The notes under the pieces: model-generated
Seen by the model: the letters and a program-made list of their open reading frames with translations, nothing else
Told to the model about the DNA's origin: nothing
Database searches by the model: none
Shown here: in pieces, positions 51,416 through 59,659 of the stretch
Layout of the letters: each line of letters starts with the position of its first letter
Position numbering within the stretch: the stretch's first letter is position 1
Origin: a virus
IMG/VR virus record: IMGVR_UViG_3300030329_006012
Span: 32,001 to 96,000 of that record
Length of the DNA stretch: 64,000 nucleotides
Strand: one strand, 5' to 3'
Made by a program: the position numbers and the translations under genes

Positions 51416-54229
51416 ATGTCAGCAAAAAAGTTTAGATTCGTATCCCCTGGAATTTTCTTGAATGAGATTGATAAATCTCTTTTACCAAAAGAGGGAGCCC
51501 CAGTTGGGCCCGTCGTTATTGGACGTACTGAGCGAGGTCCTGGCCTCCGACCCGTCACCGTTAACTCATTTTTGGAATTTACCCAGATTTTTGGAAACCC
51601 AATCCCCGGTGGCAACACCAGCGATGTTTGGAGAAATGGCAACCGGACGAGTCCGACTTATGCTTCCTATGCCGCACGTGCATGGTTGAAGAACGGCACC
51701 CCCCTGACTGTTGTTCGGGTTCTCGGAGCAGCCAGTCCAGATGCCGACCCGACCACTGGAGTAGCCGGCTGGAAAACAGAGAATTCACCAAACGTATTAG
51801 CTTCCGACAACGGAGGCGCCTTCGGCCTTTTCGTTTCCCCGCAAGTCCCATCAGGCGCAGACCCCATCAACGGAACATTGGCAGCCATCTGGTATCTTGA
51901 TCAAGGATCAATCAGGCTCGCTGGCGAAGGACAGAGCGGTAGCACTGTCGGTGCCTCCGGCTCCGGCGCTGGCCAACTGGTCAAGTGCAACGGTTCAGAT
52001 TTCCAGTTTAAGGCGATTATCACAAATGCTGAAGATAATTCAGTCTTAACCTCATCTTTTAATTTCGATGCATCTTCCGACAAGTATATCAGAAAAGTGT
52101 TTAGCACGAACCCAACTCTTTTGGGCTCAGATAATGGCTCTCCGATTGAATATTTTCTTGGAGAGAGCTTCGACTCTAGTTTGAAAAAGACCCTTCCTGC
52201 CAGCGCCGCTGGAGCAGAAGGATCAATGGCGTTTATTGTCGCCCTTAAAGGTGCAGACGACCGCCAAAAGGATTCCCAACCCGCAGAGAGCGGGATGGTG
52301 ATTTCCCAAACGACAGGAGATCCAGGCGAGGCTCTTGAGCCAAAAGACCTTTTTAAATTTGTCGCCTTAGACAGCGGAGAGTGGATTAACTCTAACGTGA
52401 AGGTTTCGATTCGAGACATCGCCCCCTCGACAAACCCCGACTTCTCCCCCTTCGGGACTTTTACTGTCGAGGTGAGAGACGCAAGAGACACTGATGCAAA
52501 GAAGGTTGTACTGGAGACATTTTCCGGATGTAATCTTGATCCTGATTCCACGAACTATATCGGCGCCAAGATTGGCAACAAATATGCTACTTGGAATTCC
52601 ACTGATCGCCGCTTCACTGAGTTTGGAGATTACGACAACAAATCCGCCTATATTTATGTTGATACATCCATTCTAGACAACAAGCATCCGGGCGAAACAC
52701 TTTTGCCTTTCGGATTTAAAGGTCCGTCGACCTACGCTGACTTAACGGGCGTCATCAACACAAGTCTTGGGGATTTCGGCGAAGTAGATATTCCACACGC
52801 ACCGAGCAACACTTTTGTGTCCGGCGGTGGTGGAGCAAACAATCCACTTACCATGTCAGGCCCTCAGATGTCGCTTCGATTAAGCAGTTCAACGGGCGGC
52901 TTTTCCGATCCTACGGACGCTTATTGGGGTGTCACCACCGATGCCCCAGGTACTACAGTGTTTGACGGCTCCTACGCAGACATGGCAGGAATGCTGCCGA
53001 GCGTTAATGATGACTACATAAAAGCGGATACTTTTACGTTTTCGCTGGACAATGTTACATATGTTTCTAGTTCAACTACTGGTATTGTAGAGTGGCAGGC
53101 TCGGTATGGTTCCGATCTCTATGAAAATGACCTCTCTATTAATGCAGGGGGCGACACACCAGACGGACCACTCAGTGCCAGTTACGAGAATGTTCTTAAC
53201 GCCGGCCTGAATCGCTTTACGATGCCAATGGTTGGCGGATTCGATGGTCTCGACATCAAACACCGCGACCCACTTTCCAATGCTATCCTCAGCGAGAAGG
53301 ACGAATTAACGAGCTATGCCTTTAACTCGATTAAGAGATCTATTGACAGCGTTTCAGACCCAGAGGTGGTAGAGATGAATGTTGCCACCGTTCCTGGTGT
53401 CACCAACGAGTCACTAACCAACCATCTTGTGCAGGTTTGTGAAACCAGAGCAGATTGCTTAGCCATCATTGACCTACCAGGAGGCTACGAGACAGAATAT
53501 GAGTCATCCGCAGAAGCCTCAGAAAGAGTAGGCAGTGTTGATGCTACTGTCACAGCCCTCAAAAACAGAGCCATGAATAGCAGTTATGCATGCTCTTACT
53601 ATCCTTGGGTACAGTCAAAGGATGAATTCGGCTCAGGAAAGGTACTGTGGCTTCCACCGTCAGTGGCAGCTTTGGGTACTTTCGCCAGCAATGACCGAAA
53701 GTCAGCCCCTTGGTTTGCTCCCGCAGGATTCACTCGCGGCGGACTTTCCGACGGTGCAGCAGGTATTCCGGTAATTGGAGTACGTGAACACTTAACTCGC
53801 AAAATGCGAGATAAACTGTATGACAACAATGTTAACCCAATTGCTAAATTTCCAGCAGAAGGGATTGTTATTTTTGGACAAAAGACGATGCAGGCAGTTC
53901 CATCTGCCCTTGATCGCGTGAATGTTCGACGTATGCTCTTGCACGTCAAGAAGGGAATCTCAAACATTTCCTCTACCCTATTATTTGACCAGAACGTTAA
54001 AACAACCTGGGCAAGATTCTTGGGCGAAGCAGAGCCTTTCTTGAGAGATGTTCAGGCCCAACTGGGTTTGACTGAATACAAGATTGTTTTGGATGAAACC
54101 ACTACCACTCCAGACTTAATAGATCGCAACATTATGTATGCAAAAATCTTCTTGAAGCCTGCACGATCAATCGAGTTTATCGCAATTGATTTTGTAATTC
54201 AAAGAACTGGAGCATCTTTTGAAGATTAA
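51416..54229 (+). CDS. gp18: Contractile tail sheath protein (T4 gp18-like)
   Basis: FVSPGIFLNEID, GRTERGP, PWFAPAGFTRG, NVNPIAKFP.EGIVIFGQKT, ALDRVNVRR, IFLKPARSIEFIAIDF. SD GAGGAG favours ATG 51416. Confidence 0.95.
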   Translation: MSAKKFRFVSPGIFLNEIDKSLLPKEGAPVGPVVIGRTERGPGLRPVTVNSFLEFTQIFGNPIPGGNTSDVWRNGNRTSPTYASYAARAWLKNGTPLTVVRVLGAASPDADPTTGVAGWKTENSPNVLASDNGGAFGLFVSPQVPSGADPINGTLAAIWYLDQGSIRLAGEGQSGSTVGASGSGAGQLVKCNGSDFQFKAIITNAEDNSVLTSSFNFDASSDKYIRKVFSTNPTLLGSDNGSPIEYFLGESFDSSLKKTLPASAAGAEGSMAFIVALKGADDRQKDSQPAESGMVISQTTGDPGEALEPKDLFKFVALDSGEWINSNVKVSIRDIAPSTNPDFSPFGTFTVEVRDARDTDAKKVVLETFSGCNLDPDSTNYIGAKIGNKYATWNSTDRRFTEFGDYDNKSAYIYVDTSILDNKHPGETLLPFGFKGPSTYADLTGVINTSLGDFGEVDIPHAPSNTFVSGGGGANNPLTMSGPQMSLRLSSSTGGFSDPTDAYWGVTTDAPGTTVFDGSYADMAGMLPSVNDDYIKADTFTFSLDNVTYVSSSTTGIVEWQARYGSDLYENDLSINAGGDTPDGPLSASYENVLNAGLNRFTMPMVGGFDGLDIKHRDPLSNAILSEKDELTSYAFNSIKRSIDSVSDPEVVEMNVATVPGVTNESLTNHLVQVCETRADCLAIIDLPGGYETEYESSAEASERVGSVDATVTALKNRAMNSSYACSYYPWVQSKDEFGSGKVLWLPPSVAALGTFASNDRKSAPWFAPAGFTRGGLSDGAAGIPVIGVREHLTRKMRDKLYDNNVNPIAKFPAEGIVIFGQKTMQAVPSALDRVNVRRMLLHVKKGISNISSTLLFDQNVKTTWARFLGEAEPFLRDVQAQLGLTEYKIVLDETTTTPDLIDRNIMYAKIFLKPARSIEFIAIDFVIQRTGASFED

Positions 54230-54241
54230 AGGTTAAATGGT

Positions 54242-54249
54242 ACTATTTA
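54242..54249 (+). promoter_or_regulatory. Candidate late-promoter motif ACTATTTA
   Basis: 43 nt before the AGGAG-led ATG of the tube gene. Confidence 0.55.
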
Positions 54250-54284
54250 TTTGTGAAGAATAATTCATAAGGAGAACTTAAAAA

Positions 54285-54854
54285 ATGGCAAACTTTTGGA
54301 CAAGCCCCAACCGAGACCCGAAAAGGGCATATAGATTTTTAGTCAACTTGGCAGCATTTGACGGAGGCGCACAGTGGTACGCTAAGTCAGCAACGAAGCC
54401 AAAGTTCACCGTTACGAATCAAGAGCACAAATACATCAATCATACGTTTAATTATCCTGGCCGAGTAACGTGGGAGCCGATCACCATTACAATTGTTGAT
54501 CCTGTCGATCCCAACGCCGCTCGCCAAGCCGCAGAAATCCTCCAAGCATCCGGCTATTATATTCCGGGTAATGAAAACGCACCTATTACAACCATTAATA
54601 AGAAAGACGCCACCGAAGCCATGAAGCGTGTAGAAATCATGCAGATTGGAGAAAATGGCGACGATATTTTGGAAAAATGGGTGTTAAACAATGCTTGGAT
54701 TGAGACAATCAATTTCAGCGACTTGGACTATGAGTCTGATGAACTGACCACTATTGAGCTCACTATCCGCTATGACTGGGCAGAGTTAGAAGTTACCGAC
54801 GCAGACGGCACCACGACTCCTTATTTTACGACCAACAATAATCCCGGCGCATAA
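54285..54854 (+). CDS. gp19: Tail tube protein (T4 gp19-like)
   Basis: DPKRAYRF, YPGRVTWEPITIT, LDYESDELTTIELTIRYDWA; follows the sheath gene. Confidence 0.88.
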   Translation: MANFWTSPNRDPKRAYRFLVNLAAFDGGAQWYAKSATKPKFTVTNQEHKYINHTFNYPGRVTWEPITITIVDPVDPNAARQAAEILQASGYYIPGNENAPITTINKKDATEAMKRVEIMQIGENGDDILEKWVLNNAWIETINFSDLDYESDELTTIELTIRYDWAELEVTDADGTTTPYFTTNNNPGA

Positions 54855-54870
54855 GAGAAAGGGGTGACTA

Positions 54871-55770
54871 ATGTCATCAACTAGAAATAACCAAGCGAGG
54901 CTCGACACTACTTCAGTGGACGAGGCTCCGCAACCCGCTAAAGAAACGAAAAAAGAACAGGCAGCATCGTTGAGCTTTGCTGTACCTACTGAATTTGTTG
55001 ACTTACCATCTCGCGGCCTGTACTATCCGGAAGGCCACCCACTTCACGGTGTGGAGAGTATTGAGATCAAACATATGACTGCCAAAGAAGAAGATATCCT
55101 GTCTTCTGAGACGCTGATCAAAAAAGGCGTCGCAATAGACAGGATGTTACAAAGTGTAATGATTGATAAGGCCATTAAAATTTCCGACATGTTGATCGGT
55201 GATAAGAACGCCCTCACAGTCGCCGCTCGCGTTACTGGCTATGGTGCCGAGTATGAAACTCGCCTTGCATGCCCATCTTGCGATTCTGAGCAGGAGTTCG
55301 AATTTGACTTGGGCGATCTTGAATTTGTTGGGGCATCTTTTGACGATAGAAGTGAATTAAACAATCTTCTCGACGGGGTGGAAATCACCGACGACAACAC
55401 ATTCATTATCACGCTACCAAAAAGTAATCACAGTGTGGAATTAAAAATGCTCACAGGAGCAGACGAAGATAAACTTAATAAATTCCAAAATAAAAAGATT
55501 AAATCCCAGAAGGACAAGCTTCTTCCGACTACCTTGTTGACAGATACCTTAAAAATGGTCATCATCAGTGTCTCCGGGGTTAAGAGCCGAGATCAGATCA
55601 ACCAGTTTGTTGATAATATGCCGGCGATGGACTCTCGGTATCTGAGAGGGGTATACCAGAAGTTGGCGCCAAACATTGACATGACCCAGACGTTTGTCTG
55701 TGGAGATTGTGGACACGAGCAGGACCTGGAGGTTCCTGTTACTACGGACTTTTTTTGGCCTAGACAGTGA
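54871..55770 (+). CDS. Baseplate hub assembly / tail assembly chaperone (T4 gp26/gp51-like)
   Basis: VDLPSRG..YP, MTAKEEDIL, GDKNAL.VAAR..GYG, CPSC and CGDC Zn pairs; ends in FFWP. Confidence 0.75.
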   Translation: MSSTRNNQARLDTTSVDEAPQPAKETKKEQAASLSFAVPTEFVDLPSRGLYYPEGHPLHGVESIEIKHMTAKEEDILSSETLIKKGVAIDRMLQSVMIDKAIKISDMLIGDKNALTVAARVTGYGAEYETRLACPSCDSEQEFEFDLGDLEFVGASFDDRSELNNLLDGVEITDDNTFIITLPKSNHSVELKMLTGADEDKLNKFQNKKIKSQKDKLLPTTLLTDTLKMVIISVSGVKSRDQINQFVDNMPAMDSRYLRGVYQKLAPNIDMTQTFVCGDCGHEQDLEVPVTTDFFWPRQ

Positions 55771-55945
55771 GTATATTGAATCTGTTTATGAGGAAATTTT
55801 CGCTCTAAAGTATCACGGTAATTGGGCATTTGCTGAAGCTTACACACTTCCTGTCCAGATCCGCCGATGGTTCCTCAGAAGACTTCAGAAGCAAAAAGTT
55901 ATGGAAAACGAGGCCGCTGAGAATGCGTCCAGGGGAAGAAGATAG
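55751..55945 (+). CDS. Frameshift-accessed C-terminal extension of the tail chaperone (GT-like)
   Basis: The +1-frame ORF FFGLDSEYIESVYEEIFALKYHGNW...RRWF overlaps the T7 run at 55750-55756 and has no plausible start or SD of its own. Confidence 0.6.
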   Translation, partial: FFGLDSEYIESVYEEIFALKYHGNWAFAEAYTLPVQIRRWFLRRLQKQKVMENEAAENASRGRR

Positions 55946-55983
55946 AGAGAGATTTTATAAGTCCTCTCTATTTTGCTTTATAT

Positions 55984-56005
55984 ACTAATTATTAAGTGTT
56001 ATAAT
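55984..56005 (+). promoter_or_regulatory. ACTAATTA motif followed by extended -10 TGTTATAAT
   Basis: ACTAATTA at 55984-55991, TGTTATAAT at 55997-56005, GGAGG at 56012, ATG at 56024. Confidence 0.5.
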
Positions 56006-56023
56006 ACCATTGGAGGTTTTACA

Positions 56024-56350
56024 ATGGACAAGGAACTACAAGAATATACAATCGATTTGGGCGCCGCAAAGCGAGGAGAGGTAAATGAGAGTTATCTAAC
56101 CATGTTTGGGTGGGCCATTAAATCTATTATGGGCGCTATGTTTGGGGGCTCCAAAATCCCCGTCACTGTCAAAGGATCTCAGAGCCAAGTGCGCGATTTC
56201 GCCAAAGTCTTGGGGAAAGAGAAAAAATATCTCAATAACTATAAGAAGTTTGGGCTGGACAACCCACAGACGTACAAGAGCAGATATGCGCTAGACTCGG
56301 CTGTCAAGAAGTTCGAGAGAACCACTGGCTTAAAGTGGCCCTTCAAATAA
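56024..56350 (+). CDS. Hypothetical protein preceding the tape measure (108 aa)
   Basis: SD GGAGG favours ATG 56024 over the ORF-track start 55973. Confidence 0.7.
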   Translation: MDKELQEYTIDLGAAKRGEVNESYLTMFGWAIKSIMGAMFGGSKIPVTVKGSQSQVRDFAKVLGKEKKYLNNYKKFGLDNPQTYKSRYALDSAVKKFERTTGLKWPFK

Positions 56351-56364
56351 TCGGAGGATAGCGA

Positions 56365-58554
56365 GTGGCAGACCGCCTAATAAATGCACAAATAACCAAC
56401 TTAGCAAAGGCCATCAATGCCCTCAAGGAACAGCTGCATGTCGATTCAGACACGAACAAGTCGAACTTGACGGAGTTGACGGAGATCGTCTCAGATCTCA
56501 ATGCGGAATACAAAGAGCTTGTCGACACTCAGGCTGATGCAAAAGATATACAGGCCGCTGAAACAAAGGTGAAAGAGGCATATCTTGAGCAAGAGAGGGA
56601 ACACCTCAGAGTACTTGAACGCACCAAAGATGCAAAAAAAGAGGATATAGAGGCCAGCAGGGAAATTATTGCAGGCTTAAAGAAAGATCTCAGAGCCAGA
56701 AAGAAGGCCACCAAAGCTCAAGAGGACTACGCCGATGCGGTAGCGAGTACAACAGATAACTTAGGCGAAATGCTCGGTATTACGAACCGCACGAATACGG
56801 GCCTAATCAAGAACATCAAGGCCATCACCAAAAGTGCTGAAGCAACAAAGTCTTTTGGAGAAAGCTTGCAAAAGACCTTTTCAGGTGCGAATATAGCCAT
56901 CGGAACGGGCCTGAAGTCCATTCAAGCCCTCGCCGTGGGTTTTGGAGCAGCCTTTTCAGAAACTGACGAGGGCCTAGCCTCTCTCAGTAAATTAACGGGG
57001 ATGAGCGCAAAACTTGGCTCAGCAATCACCACCGCCGCCGCCGGCGTTCGTGAGTATGGCGTCACAGTGACAGATATTGCCCATGCCCAGAATGAGCTCA
57101 TGAGGAGCATCCCTCTCAGTGAGCTTAAAGATCAGGGGGTGGAGGTCTCCAAGCAGTTTGCCACGTGGCAGAAGTTTGGTGTAGGCGTTGGCGCCTCAAC
57201 ACAGGCTTTTACAGCATTGGTGAGATCTTTTAAAAGATCAGATGAAGACGCGCTCAGCCTCCAGAAGAGGATAATGAACCTTGGCGATGAACTGGGCATC
57301 GGTGCCCCAAAGATGATGGAATCTTTTGCCCAAGCAGCACCCAGATTGTCGATTTACGGAAACCAGGTGGAAAAGGTATTTGCAAATATGGCGACTGCCT
57401 CGGCCAAGCTCGGTCTGGAGGTCGAGGACGTGATGTCTCTCGCGGAAGGCTTTCAAACTTTTGAAGGCTCAGCTAAAGCTGCAGGCCAACTAAATTCTAT
57501 TTTAGGAAGCGGCCTCATTGACAATATAGAGTTGATGAACGCTTCATTCGAAGACCCAGCTAAAGCCGCTCTTATGATTAAGAACGCATTTAAAGATGCA
57601 GGACAGACAGTTCAAACTCTCGGACCAGCCGGAGTCAAAGCCGCAGCCGCTGCTGCTGGTTTTAGTGATGTTGGTAAATTTACAGCATTTTTGAACGGAA
57701 CATTATCTGCCGCTGAGCTCACTGGCAAAGAGCAGCTCGATAACGAAAAGGAAACCCTGAAGGCAGCCCAAGAAAGCATGAGTTTTCTGGATGACTTGAA
57801 GGCAGCCTCTGTTAAGTATTTCCATGAGATGACAGAAAAATGGCTGCCGAAGGTCATAAATGGTTTTAAATCACTTAGCACAGGGTTCAAGGCCGCCGTT
57901 ATGCTTGTTGGGCCGATATTGGGCACCGCCATCGTGGGCGGCATCATGAACGCCATCGGCGGCCGCTTCGCCACAAACGTCGGCCGCACGATTGCATCGC
58001 AAATGAGGATGGGCCAATCTATTTCGGGACAGGCCAACCCATTGGCACCCCGCCGTCAATTTAATTCTAATAATGCTGGCCAATTTAGCAATTTAACTCT
58101 TCAAAACAATAGCAGCCGGGCACCTAGAATGTCTAATATGAAAGTCGCCGGCATGGGACTCGGTGGTGCCCTTGTTGGAGGTGCCATCGGCGCAGCAACA
58201 TCGGGTTCTGCTGCAGCAGCCGGCAGTGCCTTTGGCGGAGCTATTGGATCATTAGGATATCTCGCTGGTCCCTGGGCGATGGTTCTGGGCCCACTCGGTC
58301 AAGCGGCCGGAGCCGCCATCGGCGGAATCGCTGGAAAATGGATCGGAGAAACATTCAAGGACGAGAAAAAGAAAGTAGATTCGTCAATGCCAACTAAAAA
58401 GACGCCCACCGACGTGAGGCTCGATACACTTACTGATAACATCGCAGCCCTTGCCAAAAAGTCGCAAGACATGAAGGTCAAACTTGAGGTTGATGAATAC
58501 GCATACAAGAAGGGCTTTAAGCTCTCCACTGCAGAGGTGGTGAGCGGTGGATAG
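56365..58554 (+). CDS. Tape measure protein (729 aa)
   Basis: A/G-rich helical protein; FQTFEGSAKAAGQLNSILG; GxxxG-rich C-terminal segments; lies between the chaperone and baseplate genes. Confidence 0.8.
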   Translation: MADRLINAQITNLAKAINALKEQLHVDSDTNKSNLTELTEIVSDLNAEYKELVDTQADAKDIQAAETKVKEAYLEQEREHLRVLERTKDAKKEDIEASREIIAGLKKDLRARKKATKAQEDYADAVASTTDNLGEMLGITNRTNTGLIKNIKAITKSAEATKSFGESLQKTFSGANIAIGTGLKSIQALAVGFGAAFSETDEGLASLSKLTGMSAKLGSAITTAAAGVREYGVTVTDIAHAQNELMRSIPLSELKDQGVEVSKQFATWQKFGVGVGASTQAFTALVRSFKRSDEDALSLQKRIMNLGDELGIGAPKMMESFAQAAPRLSIYGNQVEKVFANMATASAKLGLEVEDVMSLAEGFQTFEGSAKAAGQLNSILGSGLIDNIELMNASFEDPAKAALMIKNAFKDAGQTVQTLGPAGVKAAAAAAGFSDVGKFTAFLNGTLSAAELTGKEQLDNEKETLKAAQESMSFLDDLKAASVKYFHEMTEKWLPKVINGFKSLSTGFKAAVMLVGPILGTAIVGGIMNAIGGRFATNVGRTIASQMRMGQSISGQANPLAPRRQFNSNNAGQFSNLTLQNNSSRAPRMSNMKVAGMGLGGALVGGAIGAATSGSAAAAGSAFGGAIGSLGYLAGPWAMVLGPLGQAAGAAIGGIAGKWIGETFKDEKKKVDSSMPTKKTPTDVRLDTLTDNIAALAKKSQDMKVKLEVDEYAYKKGFKLSTAEVVSGG

Positions 58555-58565
58555 GAGATTGAAAA

Positions 58566-59315
58566 ATGGTAAAACCTAAAACTATTCCAGACATATCATC
58601 AGCAGAGGCCGCACTCTATAACAAGTTTCATATACAGCTGCAACACCTGCCCAGCGAAAAAAGCGTTTACTTTAAGGCGATGGTTACTCAGTTCGAAGAT
58701 CAATATACTTCTGATTGGGCGCTGGAGCATGTTTTTGGGAGAATGGATCCTGTTCGCACCTTCAGGGGAACACAGAGGATAATAACTCTTGGTTGGGACG
58801 TTGTAGCCGGCAGTCTAGAAGAGGCTCGTCATAATCTGGCAGAATGTTCCACTCTACTCTCTATGCTTTATCCATCTTATGAAGGCGGCGCTCCAAATGT
58901 AGCCGACGCCACAGCGCCGGAACCCGGTACCCCGACCCAAGAGGCCAATGAAGCCGCCACCACTGAGCCACAGCAGGGCCCAACCACCACCGGTGGTAAC
59001 GCAGCAACTATCAAATCAGCACCACTTTTCAGGATAAAGTTTGCCAATCTCATTCAAGACACAAAAAATCCCACCCCGACGCTCGCCATTAACGATGGCT
59101 TGATTGGTAGCATCGATGGGCTAACTTATGCACCAGATGTGGAGCAAGGGTTTTTCGACCCAAAGGACGAAAAGGGAGTCCTATACCCCCAGACTATAAA
59201 ACTTTCTTTTGGGTTCTATGTTGCACACGATCACCCACTTGGTTGGAGTAGCGAAAACAAAGGCGCCCTCCGATCAGGTACGGTATTCCCGTATCCAAAA
59301 AAGGGAGGCAGCTAG
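58566..59315 (+). CDS. Tail tube initiator / baseplate protein (gp48/gp54-like)
   Basis: FEDQYTSDW....VFGRMDP..TF.GT.R.I.L.W motif directly after the tape measure gene. Confidence 0.6.
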   Translation: MVKPKTIPDISSAEAALYNKFHIQLQHLPSEKSVYFKAMVTQFEDQYTSDWALEHVFGRMDPVRTFRGTQRIITLGWDVVAGSLEEARHNLAECSTLLSMLYPSYEGGAPNVADATAPEPGTPTQEANEAATTEPQQGPTTTGGNAATIKSAPLFRIKFANLIQDTKNPTPTLAINDGLIGSIDGLTYAPDVEQGFFDPKDEKGVLYPQTIKLSFGFYVAHDHPLGWSSENKGALRSGTVFPYPKKGGS

Positions 59316-59318
59316 TAA

Positions 59319-59657
59319 ATGTCGAGATATAAAAACACAACCATCAAAGTGAACAATTGGGAACTATATAAGAAACTGCGGAAGGAAAGAGGGATCCCAG
59401 GCGGAATCACTCAATACAACTTAACAAAACTTCCCAAACTCACCGTAGAGGACGTCTCCACCGTCAATTCTGTTGGCCACGTATGGTCAACTGGAGACAG
59501 ACTATATAAACTTGCATCTCAGCACTATGGGGATCCTAAGCTCTGGTGGATTATCGCCTGGTACAACAACAAGCCCACAGAGGGGCATCTGGCCATCGGA
59601 GAGATCATTCAAATACCGCTCCCTCTTGAGCATATTTATAGCTTCTTGAGGATGTAA
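59319..59657 (+). CDS. LysM-like baseplate wedge protein (gp53-like)
   Basis: GDRLYKLASQHYGDPKLWWIIAWYN...G.IIQIP. Confidence 0.8.
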   Translation: MSRYKNTTIKVNNWELYKKLRKERGIPGGITQYNLTKLPKLTVEDVSTVNSVGHVWSTGDRLYKLASQHYGDPKLWWIIAWYNNKPTEGHLAIGEIIQIPLPLEHIYSFLRM

Positions 59658-59659
59658 CG

